This document shows, one piece after another, positions 8,817 through 18,413 of a stretch of DNA of 32,000 bases. The DNA lies in NCBI RefSeq assembly GCF_000008465.1, contig NC_006512.1, positions 240,001 to 272,000 of the forward strand, in the 5' to 3' direction. Position 1 is the first letter of the stretch. Every line of letters begins with the position of its first letter. Source of the DNA: Idiomarina loihiensis L2TR. GTDB lineage: Bacteria; Pseudomonadota; Gammaproteobacteria; Enterobacterales; Alteromonadaceae. The notes under the pieces were generated by a model. That model was given only the letters and a program-made list of their open reading frames with translations, made no database searches and was not told the origin of the DNA. The position numbers and the translations under genes are program-made.

Positions 8817-9074
8817 ATGAAGTGCCGCATTGGCTGCGGCGCTTGCTGCATAGCCCCCTCAATTAGTTCTCCCATCCCCGGTATGCCTAACGGCAAACCG
8901 GCGGGTGTGCGTTGTGTTCAACTCGATGATGATAATTTGTGTCGTTTATTCGGGAAGCCAGAGCGGCCGAAAGTGTGTGGCGAGTTTTCTGCCGATGACT
9001 ATGTTTGTGGTGAAACTCGCGACGAAGCGCTTATTTTGCTGACGTCACTGGAAGAAGATACCCATTGCGGTTAG
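8817..9074 (+). CDS. YkgJ/UPF0153-type cysteine-cluster (putative Zn/Fe-binding) small protein
   Basis: 85 aa with 9 Cys. The N-terminal CRIGCGACC matches the CxxxCxxCC motif of the YkgJ family. ATG follows the rpoH TAA with no spacer (TAAATG). Confidence 0.6.
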   Translation: MKCRIGCGACCIAPSISSPIPGMPNGKPAGVRCVQLDDDNLCRLFGKPERPKVCGEFSADDYVCGETRDEALILLTSLEEDTHCG

Positions 9075-9786
9075 CCACAGTGGTTAACTCAGATACGAAT
9101 ACCAACTCAATACCCTGTTCTTGTAATTGCGGTAGTTGCTTTTGCAAAAAGCTCAGGGTTTCCGGGTAAGGATGTCCAATACCTATGGCTTGTCCCTGAC
9201 GTTTGGCTATACTCAGCAGTTGCTCAAATTGCTGCTGTAAATAGGGCTCATCAACCTGGTTATCAAGAAACACATGTCTGTGCGATGTCCGTACGCCAAA
9301 TTCTCCCGCCATTTGTTCTGCAACGCTGAACTCAGATGTCCGGCTATCAATAAAAAAGAGTTTGCGGGAGGCTAATGTTTCCATCACTGCCTGCATTGGC
9401 ATGTGTAGCTGAGTTAACTTGCTGCCCATATGATTATTGACACCAGTAACGTAAGGTATTGAGTCCAGGGCATCAACCAGTTGCAGTTTGATCTGTGCAT
9501 TGTTCATATCTGCCGTAACCACACCGGGACCCGGGCGGTTATTTTCAACGGCTTCCATTGGCATATGCAGTAATATCTGTTTTTTCTGATGATGGCCGCG
9601 TAAGGCGAAGGCGCGGGCATAAGGGGTATAGGGCAGCACTGCGAAACTGATATTACCAGGTAGCAGAGCTGCTTTTAAATCGTTTTTATTATTGCCTATA
9701 TCATCGATAACAATGGCTATCTTAGAGGCATAAGCTGGCGTCATCAGGCACACCAGTAAACCCAAAGAAAGTACAAGCTTCAACAT
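9031..9786 (-). CDS. yibQ: divergent polysaccharide deacetylase family protein YibQ
   Basis: Signal peptide followed by IAIVIDDIG, HMPMEA and NNHMGS motifs. Last gene of the gpmI-envC-yibQ cluster as in E. coli. Confidence 0.85.
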   Translation of the reverse strand: MLKLVLSLGLLVCLMTPAYASKIAIVIDDIGNNKNDLKAALLPGNISFAVLPYTPYARAFALRGHHQKKQILLHMPMEAVENNRPGPGVVTADMNNAQIKLQLVDALDSIPYVTGVNNHMGSKLTQLHMPMQAVMETLASRKLFFIDSRTSEFSVAEQMAGEFGVRTSHRHVFLDNQVDEPYLQQQFEQLLSIAKRQGQAIGIGHPYPETLSFLQKQLPQLQEQGIELVFVSELTTVANRNGYLLPVTSAK

Positions 9787-10931
9787 CAGCGTATCCAGTT
9801 ACTTGGGTTTTGTGGACGCCCCTGATGGCGAATTTCAAAGTAAAGTGCCGCACTATTACGTGAACCAGACTGACCCATCAGTGCAATTTCTTCGTCCTTA
9901 CGGACTTTATCGCCAACCGCTTTTGTTAATGTCTGGTTGTGGCCATATAAGCTCATATAACTCTCACCGTGGTCAATAACGATGACTAAACCAAAGCCTC
10001 GCAGCCAGTCTGCATATACCACGCGGCCGTTAGCAATAGAGCGGACCGGTTGGCCGTTTTGTCCTTCAATGAGCACACCTTTCCATTCAAGCGGACCTTC
10101 GCGGCGTTGTCCAAACAAGCGTTTCACATCTCCGTCACTTGGCCAGCGAAGTTGATTCTTGACTGCCTGCAGGCCAACTAGACGAACGTCTTTTTGCTGA
10201 GCAAGCGCGGTTTCAATGGCACTTAATACCTGCTCTAATTGCTCCCGGCTTTGCTCCAGTTGATTCACCCGGGACCGGTCTTTACGTTGCAGTTGTTGCA
10301 GCTCTGCTAACTTCTCTTCCTGCCGGTGTTGCTGCTGCTCCAGTTGTGCGCGTTGTTCTTGTTGTTCGGCCTGTAAGCTCGCTAACTGGTTTTGTTGCTG
10401 CTTAAGTTGTTCTGTCAGCGTGGCAATTTCTTCCTGAGTGCGCCGAATAACTTCAATCTCTTCAACTCTGGCGGCATTCATGTATTGGTAATAGCTCAAC
10501 ATTCTTTCAAACTGGCCAGGGTCTTGCTGGTTTAACAGCATTTTCAGAAAGTCGTGTTTACCGTTCATATAAGCGGAAACCAGCTGATCTTCCAGTTGTG
10601 TCATCTGCTGCTTTTGTTTTTGCTTAAGCTCTTCGCGGCGTTGTTCTGAGTCAGCTATTTCTGCAGTAATTTCTTTAAGTTCGGTTTCGGTCTGGCGCAA
10701 AGAGCCGGCTATTTCTGAGGTTTTTATTTCCAGATCACGCAGTTGTCGTTCAGTTGAGTTTAGTGCACTGCTTCGCTCTTCTATAGCCTGCAAACGCTTA
10801 GCCAGTTCCTCTTTAACCGCTGCAATTTCGGCTTGAGTCGAGGCTTTATCATCCTCGCTATAGTCCTGCGCTAAACCGGGGCTGATAACAACCAGCCCCA
10901 GCGCCACTGCCCAAAACAGCCTTATTGGCAT
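9786..10931 (-). CDS. envC: murein hydrolase activator EnvC (coiled coil plus degenerate LytM/M23 domain)
   Basis: Signal peptide, long Q/E-rich coiled coil and a C-terminal LytM domain (VIDHGESYMSLYGHN, LYFEIRHQGRP). Synteny with gpmI. Confidence 0.9.
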   Translation of the reverse strand: MPIRLFWAVALGLVVISPGLAQDYSEDDKASTQAEIAAVKEELAKRLQAIEERSSALNSTERQLRDLEIKTSEIAGSLRQTETELKEITAEIADSEQRREELKQKQKQQMTQLEDQLVSAYMNGKHDFLKMLLNQQDPGQFERMLSYYQYMNAARVEEIEVIRRTQEEIATLTEQLKQQQNQLASLQAEQQEQRAQLEQQQHRQEEKLAELQQLQRKDRSRVNQLEQSREQLEQVLSAIETALAQQKDVRLVGLQAVKNQLRWPSDGDVKRLFGQRREGPLEWKGVLIEGQNGQPVRSIANGRVVYADWLRGFGLVIVIDHGESYMSLYGHNQTLTKAVGDKVRKDEEIALMGQSGSRNSAALYFEIRHQGRPQNPSNWIR

Positions 10932-10934
10932 AAG

Positions 10935-12470
10935 TTAATCCTGTTCTAACGTCATTAGCGACGTACCGGTCATTTCGTCCGGCTGCTCCATGCCAATTAA
11001 ATGCAGTATGGTCGGTGCAACGTCTGACAGGCGTCCATTTCGGGCTTTAGCCGGTCGGCCCACATAAATAAAAGGCACAAGTTCGTTCGTATGAGCGGTA
11101 TGTGCCTGCCCGGTAGTGGCGTCACTCATTTGCTCTGCGTTGCCATGGTCTGCCGTTATCAGACATTCACCACCAACAGCTTCTAATGCCGAAACCACTC
11201 GTCCGACACTATGATCAACGGCTTCACAAGCTTTAACGGCGGCATCAAAATTACCAGTATGTCCAACCATGTCACCGTTCGGGTAGTTGCAAATCACAAC
11301 ATCAAAGGCCTGAGACTCAATGGCTGCAACCAACTCGTCGGTAAGTTGTTCTGAGCTCATTTCTGGCTGTAAGTCGTAGGTTTTAACTTTAGGTGAAGGA
11401 ATAAGAACACGCTTTTCGCCTTCAAATTCCTGCTCGCGTCCGCCACTGAAAAAGAAAGTAACGTGTGCGTATTTTTCGGTCTCGGAAATGCGCAGCTGAG
11501 TTTTATCATGCTTAGCAAGCCATTCACCCAGAACATTATTCAAAGGCTCGGGTGGGAAGGCGCTGGGCGCTTCTAAGGTATCGGCATATTGGGTCAGCAT
11601 AACGAATTCGCTAATGTCAGCGCGCGAGCCACGATCAAAACCGTCGAAGTCTTTGTCGACGAAGGCTTGAGTCATTTCACGGGCACGGTCAGCACGGAAG
11701 TTCATAAAAAATACGGAATCGCCATTAGCAATTGGAGCAGGCTGACCAATAACTACCGGAGTGACAAACTCATCGGTTTCCCCGCGTTCATAGGCGTTTT
11801 CTACTGCGTCTGTTGCGTTGGCAGATGTTACCCCTGAAAGACCGTGATAAACCGCTTTGTAAGACTGTTCAATGCGCTCCCAGCGCTTGTCTCTGTCCAT
11901 GGCGAAGAAGCGGCCACTTAAGGTGGCGAAACGACCTTTGCCTAAACGTGCAAATAAAGCTTCAAAACGTTCAATGGAAGGCAGTGCCGATTTCGGTGGT
12001 GTATCACGACCATCTAAGAAAGCATGCAGGTAAACGTCTTCTGCGCCTTGCTCAACCGCCATTTCTATCATTGCGACCAGATGGTCTTCGTGGCTGTGAA
12101 CACCGCCGGCAGAGAGCAACCCCATAATATGGACTGCACCCTTAGCAGCTTTGGCTTTTTTCAGGGCGTCGCAAAGTATCGTGTTACTGAAAAAACTGCG
12201 GTCAGAAATGGCTTTGCTAATGCGGGTAAAGTCCTGATAAACAATGCGGCCAGCGCCTAAATTAACGTGACCGACTTCGGAATTACCCATTTGGCCGTCA
12301 GGTAAACCAACTGCGCCACCGGAGCCATCGACCAAACAATGCGGGTATTTTTCCCATAAACGATCCATAACCGGAGTATTCGCTTTGGCTATCGCATTAT
12401 CAGGTGCATCTTCACGGTAACCCCAGCCATCCAGAATCAACAATACCAAAGGTTTTATCGTAGGAGTCAT
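10935..12470 (-). CDS. gpmI: 2,3-bisphosphoglycerate-independent phosphoglycerate mutase
   Basis: Motifs [21 protein letters not shown] and ADHGNAE. Start chosen at the second ATG (12470), 6 nt after GAGG; the tracked start at 12482 lacks an RBS. Confidence 0.95.
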   Translation of the reverse strand: MTPTIKPLVLLILDGWGYREDAPDNAIAKANTPVMDRLWEKYPHCLVDGSGGAVGLPDGQMGNSEVGHVNLGAGRIVYQDFTRISKAISDRSFFSNTILCDALKKAKAAKGAVHIMGLLSAGGVHSHEDHLVAMIEMAVEQGAEDVYLHAFLDGRDTPPKSALPSIERFEALFARLGKGRFATLSGRFFAMDRDKRWERIEQSYKAVYHGLSGVTSANATDAVENAYERGETDEFVTPVVIGQPAPIANGDSVFFMNFRADRAREMTQAFVDKDFDGFDRGSRADISEFVMLTQYADTLEAPSAFPPEPLNNVLGEWLAKHDKTQLRISETEKYAHVTFFFSGGREQEFEGEKRVLIPSPKVKTYDLQPEMSSEQLTDELVAAIESQAFDVVICNYPNGDMVGHTGNFDAAVKACEAVDHSVGRVVSALEAVGGECLITADHGNAEQMSDATTGQAHTAHTNELVPFIYVGRPAKARNGRLSDVAPTILHLIGMEQPDEMTGTSLMTLEQD

Positions 12471-12635
12471 AATGGGCCTCATTGCTCGGTGTTTTCACAG
12501 ATGAAATTAGCCAACATTCTACTCGATTTCCAGAGCTTACGCATCCACCCAAGATTTTTCTGGAAACTGCGATTTGTACAGGTATACTCTTGACCCGCAA
12601 CTCTTTTCTGTTACCGACGAATACTGGTAGGTCTT

Positions 12636-13067
12636 ATGCAAGAAATTATGGAATTTGTCAAAAGCAACCCGATGATGAGTGGTATCTGGGTTGTGCTGCT
12701 AGTCGCACTGATTGTGACCACGATTCGCTCGGCTATGTCACCGACAAAAAATTTAGAACCGCAAGAGGCCACGGTATGGGTAAACCGCGGTGATGGCGTT
12801 TTTGTTGATATTCGTAGTCCGGATGAATTTAAGAAAGGACACATTCACGGATCGGTGTCATTACCGATGGAAAAAATTAAACAAAAAGAACTTTCCTCTA
12901 TTGAAAAGTTCAAAGAAGCCCCCATTGTGATAGTCTGTGCAACAGGAATGACGGCAAAATCGGCAGTTAGCCAGCTAACGGCTGAAGGCTTTACTCAAGT
13001 TGCTGTGCTGCAAGGTGGTATGAACACATGGCGCAGCGCCAAATTGCCGGTTTCGCAGAAAAAATAA
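12636..13067 (+). CDS. yibN: rhodanese-domain inner-membrane protein YibN
   Basis: N-terminus MQEIMEFV is near-identical to E. coli YibN (MQEIMQFV). TM anchor, rhodanese active-site loop CATGMTAK. Divergent from gpmI as in E. coli. Confidence 0.85.
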   Translation: MQEIMEFVKSNPMMSGIWVVLLVALIVTTIRSAMSPTKNLEPQEATVWVNRGDGVFVDIRSPDEFKKGHIHGSVSLPMEKIKQKELSSIEKFKEAPIVIVCATGMTAKSAVSQLTAEGFTQVAVLQGGMNTWRSAKLPVSQKK

Positions 13068-13109
13068 TAAAATTCGTCTAATACTTAAAAAAGAATAGGA
13101 AGTAAAATC

Positions 13110-13613
13110 ATGGCTGAAGAACAGCAAGCAAACGGCGCAGCAGCTGAAAACCAACAGCAGCAAGTACAATTCGCTATTCAGCGTATCTACGCTAAAGACA
13201 TCTCTTTCGAAACTCCAAGCTCTCCGGCTATTTTCCGTAAAGAATGGAAGCCTGACCTTAAATTAGACCTGAACGTTAAACACGAAAAAATTGAAGACGG
13301 TGTTTACGAAGTGGTACTGACTCTGACGGCAACTAACAAAGTTGAAGACGACGTTGCTTTCCTTTGTGAAGTACATCAGGCGGGTATTTTCACTATTGGT
13401 GAAGAAGTTCAGGACGGCCAACTGGCACACATGCTGGGTTCTTTCTGCCCGAACATTTTGTTCCCTTACGCTCGTGAGTGCGTTTCAAACCTTGTTAACC
13501 GTGCGACTTTCCCACAGTTGAACCTGGCTCCTGTTAACTTTGATGCGATTTTCCAGCGTCACATGCAGCAGCAAGCTGAACAGGCTCAGGGTCAGCAAAC
13601 TGCAGACGCGTAA
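13110..13613 (+). CDS. secB: protein-export chaperone SecB
   Basis: Motifs [14 protein letters not shown] and [11 protein letters not shown], with an acidic/Q-rich tail. RBS AGGAAG. Confidence 0.95.
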   Translation: MAEEQQANGAAAENQQQQVQFAIQRIYAKDISFETPSSPAIFRKEWKPDLKLDLNVKHEKIEDGVYEVVLTLTATNKVEDDVAFLCEVHQAGIFTIGEEVQDGQLAHMLGSFCPNILFPYARECVSNLVNRATFPQLNLAPVNFDAIFQRHMQQQAEQAQGQQTADA

Positions 13614-13625
13614 GCAGATACAATA

Positions 13626-14627
13626 ATGCAGACACCTCAGGTGACAGTATTAGGGGCGGGCTCTTACGGGACCGCCCTTGCTATTTGTTTTGCCCGTAAA
13701 GGTATTCCTACCACCTTGTGGGGGCGGGATGCCGATAAAGTTGCCGTTATGCAAACGGCTCATGAAAACGAAGAGTACCTGCCTGCGTGCCCGTTTCCGG
13801 AATCATTAAAGGTTACTGCCGACTTAGGCGAAGCCCTTAAAGACGTGAAAAACGTGGTGGTCGTAGTTCCCAGTCATTCGTTTTCGTCCATGCTGAAGCA
13901 GGCAAAACCTTTGTTAGCGGAACATGCCCGCGTTGCCTGGGCAACTAAAGGATTAGAGCCGGACAGTGGGCGTCTTTTGTACGAAGTCGCAGAAGAAACT
14001 CTGGGCGACGAGCATCCGCTAGCGGTGTTATCCGGCCCCACTTTTGCTATTGAAATGGCTAAAGGCTTACCTACTGCCATTTCGATGTCGTCAACTGATC
14101 AGGCCTTTGTCGAAGAGCTTTCCGGGCTTCTGCATTGTGACCGCTCTTTCCGGGTTTACACCAACAACGACTTTATTGGCGTGCAACTGGGTGGCGTGGT
14201 TAAAAATGTTATAGCCATTGGTGCTGGTATGGCCGACGGTATTGGCTTTGGTGCTAATGCCCGCACGGCGCTTATTACCCGCGGTTTGGCTGAACTTACC
14301 CGGTTAGGTCTGAAGTTAGGCGCAAAAAGCGAAACCTTTACTGGTATGGCAGGTTTGGGCGATTTAATTCTCACCTGTACCGACAATCAGTCGCGTAATC
14401 GCCGTTTTGGCATGGCTTTAGGTCAGGGCAAAGGAGTTGAAGAAGCGCTGAAGAGTATCGGGCAATCGGTTGAAGGCTACCGTAATACCCGTGAAGTGGT
14501 TGCTTTAGCAGCGCGCAACGAAGTGGAAATGCCCATCTGTGAGCAGATATATGCGGTCCTTTATGAAGGTAAAGAACCGCAACAGGCCGCTATTGATTTA
14601 TTAAGCCGTGAGCGTAAAACGGAGTGA
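13626..14627 (+). CDS. gpsA: NAD(P)H-dependent glycerol-3-phosphate dehydrogenase
   Basis: Motifs [27 protein letters not shown] and DLILTCT. Follows secB as in E. coli. Confidence 0.95.
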   Translation: MQTPQVTVLGAGSYGTALAICFARKGIPTTLWGRDADKVAVMQTAHENEEYLPACPFPESLKVTADLGEALKDVKNVVVVVPSHSFSSMLKQAKPLLAEHARVAWATKGLEPDSGRLLYEVAEETLGDEHPLAVLSGPTFAIEMAKGLPTAISMSSTDQAFVEELSGLLHCDRSFRVYTNNDFIGVQLGGVVKNVIAIGAGMADGIGFGANARTALITRGLAELTRLGLKLGAKSETFTGMAGLGDLILTCTDNQSRNRRFGMALGQGKGVEEALKSIGQSVEGYRNTREVVALAARNEVEMPICEQIYAVLYEGKEPQQAAIDLLSRERKTE

Positions 14628-14645
14628 TCTGTTTTACGCCTTTAT

Positions 14646-15236
14646 TTACGCACTGATCAGCTGTTGTTCCATTACCTGCCACTGAGCCGAAAAATGCTCG
14701 GTCGGTAAACGCTTAAAGTTAGAGCGTACAAACTGACTGATTTTGCCATCGGCATAGCTTAGCAATAAGTTCGCTAATACCGCTTCGTCCACAATAAAGC
14801 GCTGCTGTTCGCGCATCGCTTTCTCGCGCAGTATTTGCTTAATTGAACTCTCTATACGGTTGAACAAATCTTCCATACGACCACGCAAACGGTCATGTTC
14901 ACCCATTAATGCATCACCTGTCATAACACGGGTAATACCGGGGTTGCGCTCGGCAAACGTCAGCAATAGCTGCAATATTGCGTGACAGCGGGAGAGGGTG
15001 TTTTTCTCCTCGTCCATAATCATGTTAATACGGGTTAGCAGGGTGTCTTCAACAAACTCGATAAGCCCTTCAAACATCCGCGCTTTCGACGGAAAGTGAC
15101 GATATAAAGCCGCCTCTGAAACGCCTAAATTAGCCGCCAGTTTTGCTGTAGTAATGCGCTGACCCGGACTGGTTTCCAGCATTGCCGCTAAAGCCTGTAA
15201 AATTTCTTCACGACGGTTACGTTTTTGTTCTGCCAT
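14646..15236 (-). CDS. slmA: nucleoid occlusion factor SlmA (TetR family)
   Basis: Motifs [14 protein letters not shown] and [24 protein letters not shown]. Downstream of dut as in E. coli. Confidence 0.9.
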   Translation of the reverse strand: MAEQKRNRREEILQALAAMLETSPGQRITTAKLAANLGVSEAALYRHFPSKARMFEGLIEFVEDTLLTRINMIMDEEKNTLSRCHAILQLLLTFAERNPGITRVMTGDALMGEHDRLRGRMEDLFNRIESSIKQILREKAMREQQRFIVDEAVLANLLLSYADGKISQFVRSNFKRLPTEHFSAQWQVMEQQLISA

Positions 15237-15284
15237 GACAGTAACTTTCCTTATTTGAGAGGCCAGAATGATTAGTTGCTGTAA

Positions 15285-15740
15285 CTACGAACGACCAGAA
15301 TGACCAAAACCACCTTCACCACGATCCGTCTCGTGGAACTCTTCAACAATCGACATTTGCGCCTGCACAACCGGCAAAATCACCAGTTGCGCAATACGGT
15401 CGCCGGGCTCAATGGTGTAAGCCTGGTTACTGCGGTTCCAGCAGGACACTTTAAGCTCGCCCTGGTAGTCCGAATCGATAAGACCGACCAGGTTACCCAG
15501 CACCAGCCCGTGCTTATGACCCAGCCCTGAACGCGGCAAAATAGTGGCCGCATAATTTGGGTCGCCAATGTACATGGCAATACCGGTGCCTATTAACTGG
15601 GTTTGACCCGGTTCAATAGTCAGCGGCTGGTCCAGGCAGGCGCGCAGATCCATTCCGGCAGAGCCCTGTGTGGCGTATTCAGGAAGCGGGATAGACTGGC
15701 CAATGCGGTCATCTAAAATTTTTACTTCGACTTGCGTCAT
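15285..15740 (-). CDS. dut: dUTP diphosphatase
   Basis: Motifs [25 protein letters not shown] and a C-terminal [10 protein letters not shown]. Confidence 0.97.
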   Translation of the reverse strand: MTQVEVKILDDRIGQSIPLPEYATQGSAGMDLRACLDQPLTIEPGQTQLIGTGIAMYIGDPNYAATILPRSGLGHKHGLVLGNLVGLIDSDYQGELKVSCWNRSNQAYTIEPGDRIAQLVILPVVQAQMSIVEEFHETDRGEGGFGHSGRS

Positions 15741-15758
15741 GGAGTTCTCACTTTCTTA

Positions 15759-16979
15759 TTAATTGGCAGTGGTATTAAAATAACGTTTGGCTATCGCGTC
15801 GATAATTGCAATAGCCATATCATGCTTGCTCATTGTTGGAAGTGACTGCTCACTGTCCTTACTCAAAATAATGGCGTTATTGCTGTCGCTGTTAAAACCC
15901 AGCCCAACCTGACTGACGTCGTTAGCGACAATCATTTGCAGTTGTTTTCGTTCCAGTTTGCGCAACGCGTTAGCTTTTAGATTTTCAGTTTCGGCCGCAA
16001 ACCCAACAGTAAAAGGTGGTTTTTCAGAGCTGGCGACCTGCTGCAGAATGTCCGGGTTTTGCACCAGTTTGAGTTGCGGTGGCTGGTTGTTTTGTTCTTT
16101 TTTAATTTTCTGCGAGGCAACTTCGGCAACCCGATAGTCTGACACAGCGGCACAACCAATAAACACATCGCAGTTTGGCAGTTGCTGCTGCACCGCGTTT
16201 AGCATTTGTTCTGTAGTCTCCACATCGACGCGTTGAACGCCGGTGGGCGTGGGCAGTTGCGTTGGCCCCGATACTAATATGACTTTAGCTCCTGCATGAG
16301 CGGCGGCTTCAGCCAGGGCATAGCCCATTTTACCGGAACTGTGGTTACTGATGTAGCGTACCGGGTCGATGGCTTCACGGGTTGGGCCTGCGGTAATAAT
16401 AAAGGTTTTACCCTGCCAGTCTTGCTTGGCTTCAGGGGCTTTTTTTATTAACGCCTGCACAATCTCTGTAGGGTCACTCATGCGGCCGTAACCGACATCG
16501 CCACAGGCCTGTTCGCCACTTTCCGGGCCTATCATTTGCACACCACGGCTGAGTAGCGTTTCAATGTTTTCCTGCACCGCAGTAGCCGCCCACATTTGTT
16601 GATTCATTGCCGGAGCAATGGCGAGCGGCGCTTTACTGGCTAAAACCAGGGTACTCAACAGGTCATCGGCAAAGCCGTGAGCAATACGGGCAATGGTGTT
16701 AGCCGTGGCCGGAGCAATAAGAATAAGATCCGCCCAGCGAGCCAGTTCAATATGGCTCATAGCGGCTTCTGCTGTCGGATCCAGCAGGTCGTCGCTGACC
16801 GTAAAGCCGGACACAGCTTGTAAGCTAAGTGGGGTTACGAAGGCTTTGGCACCGGCAGTCAGCACCACACGAACTTCTGCGCCCTGCTCACGCAAACGGC
16901 GCACCAGGTCAGGCGCCTTATAGGCGGCAATGCCACCGGTAATACCTAAAAGTATGTGTTTGTTCTGCAGCTGTGCCAT
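15759..16979 (-). CDS. coaBC: bifunctional phosphopantothenoylcysteine decarboxylase / phosphopantothenate-cysteine ligase
   Basis: 406 aa. Motifs ILLGITGGIAAYK, PAMN, ITAGPTRE-IDPVR-ISN-SSGKMG and AAVSDY. Confidence 0.95.
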   Translation of the reverse strand: MAQLQNKHILLGITGGIAAYKAPDLVRRLREQGAEVRVVLTAGAKAFVTPLSLQAVSGFTVSDDLLDPTAEAAMSHIELARWADLILIAPATANTIARIAHGFADDLLSTLVLASKAPLAIAPAMNQQMWAATAVQENIETLLSRGVQMIGPESGEQACGDVGYGRMSDPTEIVQALIKKAPEAKQDWQGKTFIITAGPTREAIDPVRYISNHSSGKMGYALAEAAAHAGAKVILVSGPTQLPTPTGVQRVDVETTEQMLNAVQQQLPNCDVFIGCAAVSDYRVAEVASQKIKKEQNNQPPQLKLVQNPDILQQVASSEKPPFTVGFAAETENLKANALRKLERKQLQMIVANDVSQVGLGFNSDSNNAIILSKDSEQSLPTMSKHDMAIAIIDAIAKRYFNTTAN

Positions 16980-17057
16980 GCGAACCCCTTAGTGTTAAGT
17001 CGTGTAAAGATAACATGAGACCCCGTAACTGGGTAGATGGTCGTTATACTTCTCTCT

Positions 17058-17081
17058 TAAGAATTAAGGTAAGAATTAAGG
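17058..17081 (+). repeat. perfect 12-bp tandem duplication TAAGAATTAAGG x2 in the radC leader
   Basis: Positions 17058-17069 are identical to 17070-17081. The second copy supplies the AAGGAG Shine-Dalgarno of radC. Confidence 0.9.
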
Positions 17082-17089
17082 AGAAAATA

Positions 17090-17764
17090 ATGAGCGTCAA
17101 GGAATGGCCCGTTTCAGAACGACCCAGAGAAAAACTGCAGACTCAGGGAGCAGAATACCTGAGTGACGCAGAATTATTAGCCATTTTACTTGGTAGCGGC
17201 AGTGGCGGGCAGGACGTTGTCAGTTTTGCGCGTCGTTTACTAAGTGACTTCGGCGGTGTAGGCGCTTTGTTAACAGCCACTCCTGAGCAGCTATTGGCTT
17301 GCAACGGCATAGGCCCGGCCCGTGTGAATCAGTTGCGGGTTGTGCTGGAATTGTCACGACGCTACCTGAAATGGCAGCTGGAGCGTTCAGACGGCTTTAC
17401 CGAACCTACCATGGTCAAAGACTATTTAACCTCACAGTTGCGTCATCAGGGCCGCGAAGTCTTTGCTATTTTACTGCTGGACAGCCAGCACCGGCTGTTA
17501 CGTTACGAAGAGCTGTTTCAGGGCACCATTAATGCCGCGCCAGTGTATCCACGTGAGGTAATAAAGCTGGTTATGCAGTATAATGCGGCGGCGGTTATTC
17601 TGGCACATAATCATCCATCGGGCGTTGCAGAACCCAGCCAGGCTGACCAGAGAGTCACGGAGCGGGTCAAAAAAGCCCTGACTTTAATTGACGTGGCGCT
17701 GTTGGATCATTTCGTGGTGGGTGCCGGCGATCCAATTTCTTTTGCAGAGCGCGGATTGTTGTAG
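17090..17764 (+). CDS. radC: RadC/YicR family (UPF0758) JAB-domain protein
   Basis: ATG at 17090 is preceded by AAGGAG. Motifs RPREKL, LSDAELLAILLGSG and the JAMM motif HNHPSG-EPS-D. The tracked start at 16973 overlaps coaBC and lacks support. Confidence 0.9.
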   Translation: MSVKEWPVSERPREKLQTQGAEYLSDAELLAILLGSGSGGQDVVSFARRLLSDFGGVGALLTATPEQLLACNGIGPARVNQLRVVLELSRRYLKWQLERSDGFTEPTMVKDYLTSQLRHQGREVFAILLLDSQHRLLRYEELFQGTINAAPVYPREVIKLVMQYNAAAVILAHNHPSGVAEPSQADQRVTERVKKALTLIDVALLDHFVVGAGDPISFAERGLL

Positions 17765-17845
17765 TTTTGTACTGGCGGTTTGGTTAAAAATCACGTAAAA
17801 TCCGCACCGAACGATCGATGACGATCAAATTTCCGTCGTATAAGC

Positions 17846-17874
17846 TTGATTAGAAGGGCAGTTTGCTGTATAAA
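17846..17874 (+). promoter_or_regulatory. candidate sigma70 promoter for rpmB-rpmG
   Basis: TTGATT (17846-17851), 17-nt spacer ending in TG, TATAAA (17869-17874). Lies about 70 nt upstream of the rpmB ATG. Confidence 0.55.
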
Positions 17875-17946
17875 ATGCGCCCTCGGATTTATAGGCAAGG
17901 TCACGTTGGGCGACAGGCGAGCTTGCAGCAATTTTGGAGTAAAGAC

Positions 17947-18183
17947 ATGTCACAAGTATGCCAAGTTACAGGTAAGCGTCCGGTAGTCGGTAACAACCGC
18001 TCGCACGCACGCAATGCGACTAGACGTCGCTTCCTGCCGAACCTTCAATCGCACCGCTTTTGGGTAGAAAGCGAGAAGCGTTGGGTTAAGTTACGCATTT
18101 CTACTAAAGGTATGCGTATCATTGATAAAAACGGTATCGATACGGTATTAGCGGATCTCCGCGGCCGTGGTGTTAAGGTTTAA
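17947..18183 (+). CDS. rpmB: 50S ribosomal protein L28
   Basis: [33 protein letters not shown] at 17947 follows GGAG; the tracked ORF start at 17863 is an artefactual extension. Confidence 0.97.
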   Translation: MSQVCQVTGKRPVVGNNRSHARNATRRRFLPNLQSHRFWVESEKRWVKLRISTKGMRIIDKNGIDTVLADLRGRGVKV

Positions 18184-18194
18184 GGAACTAAATT

Positions 18195-18350
18195 ATGCGC
18201 GATAAGATTCGTTTAGTGTCATCTGCTGGTACAGGTTATTTCTATACCACAGACAAAAACAAACGCACCATGCCAGAAAAAATGGAGATCAAAAAATTCG
18301 ATCCAGTGGTTCGTAAGCACGTGATCTTCAAAGAAGCTAAAATCAAGTAA
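18195..18350 (+). CDS. rpmG: 50S ribosomal protein L33
   Basis: Not in the ORF track (51 aa). Hand translation gives [60 protein letters not shown], 11 nt after rpmB. Confidence 0.95.
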   Translation: MRDKIRLVSSAGTGYFYTTDKNKRTMPEKMEIKKFDPVVRKHVIFKEAKIK

Positions 18351-18367
18351 TTGGTTTCAAAGCTTAC

Positions 18368-18395
18368 AAAAAACCCAGCTTCGGCTGGGTTTTTT
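18368..18395. terminator. bidirectional Rho-independent terminator between rpmG and the convergent oxygenase gene
   Basis: AAAAAACCCAGC-TTCG-GCTGGGTTTTTT is a perfect 12-bp stem with a UUCG loop, flanked by A and T tracts on either side. Confidence 0.85.
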
Positions 18396-18413
18396 ATTGG
18401 GTGGCGTTTGAGT

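Noticed and set aside
8455-8862. 135-aa minus-strand ORF antisense to the rpoH 3' end and the YkgJ-type ORF start.
   Set aside because: It has the S/R/L/C-rich composition typical of the antisense frame of a real gene, with no motif and no RBS. rpoH on the opposite strand is unambiguous.
12501-12593. 30-codon ORF (MKLANILLDFQSLRIHPRFFWKLRFVQVYS) and a 7-bp inverted repeat TTCCAGA-N23-TCTGGAA (12528-12564) in the gpmI-yibN intergenic region.
   Set aside because: There is no Shine-Dalgarno sequence before the ATG and the composition is unremarkable. The inverted repeat is short with a long loop. The region is most simply the divergent promoter space.
17881-17946. Possible autoregulatory leader in the 5' UTR of rpmB (about 70 nt; GCAAG-N21-CTTGC).
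   Set aside because: There is only a 5-bp complementary pair. I know of no L28/L33 leader motif in gammaproteobacteria to compare it with.
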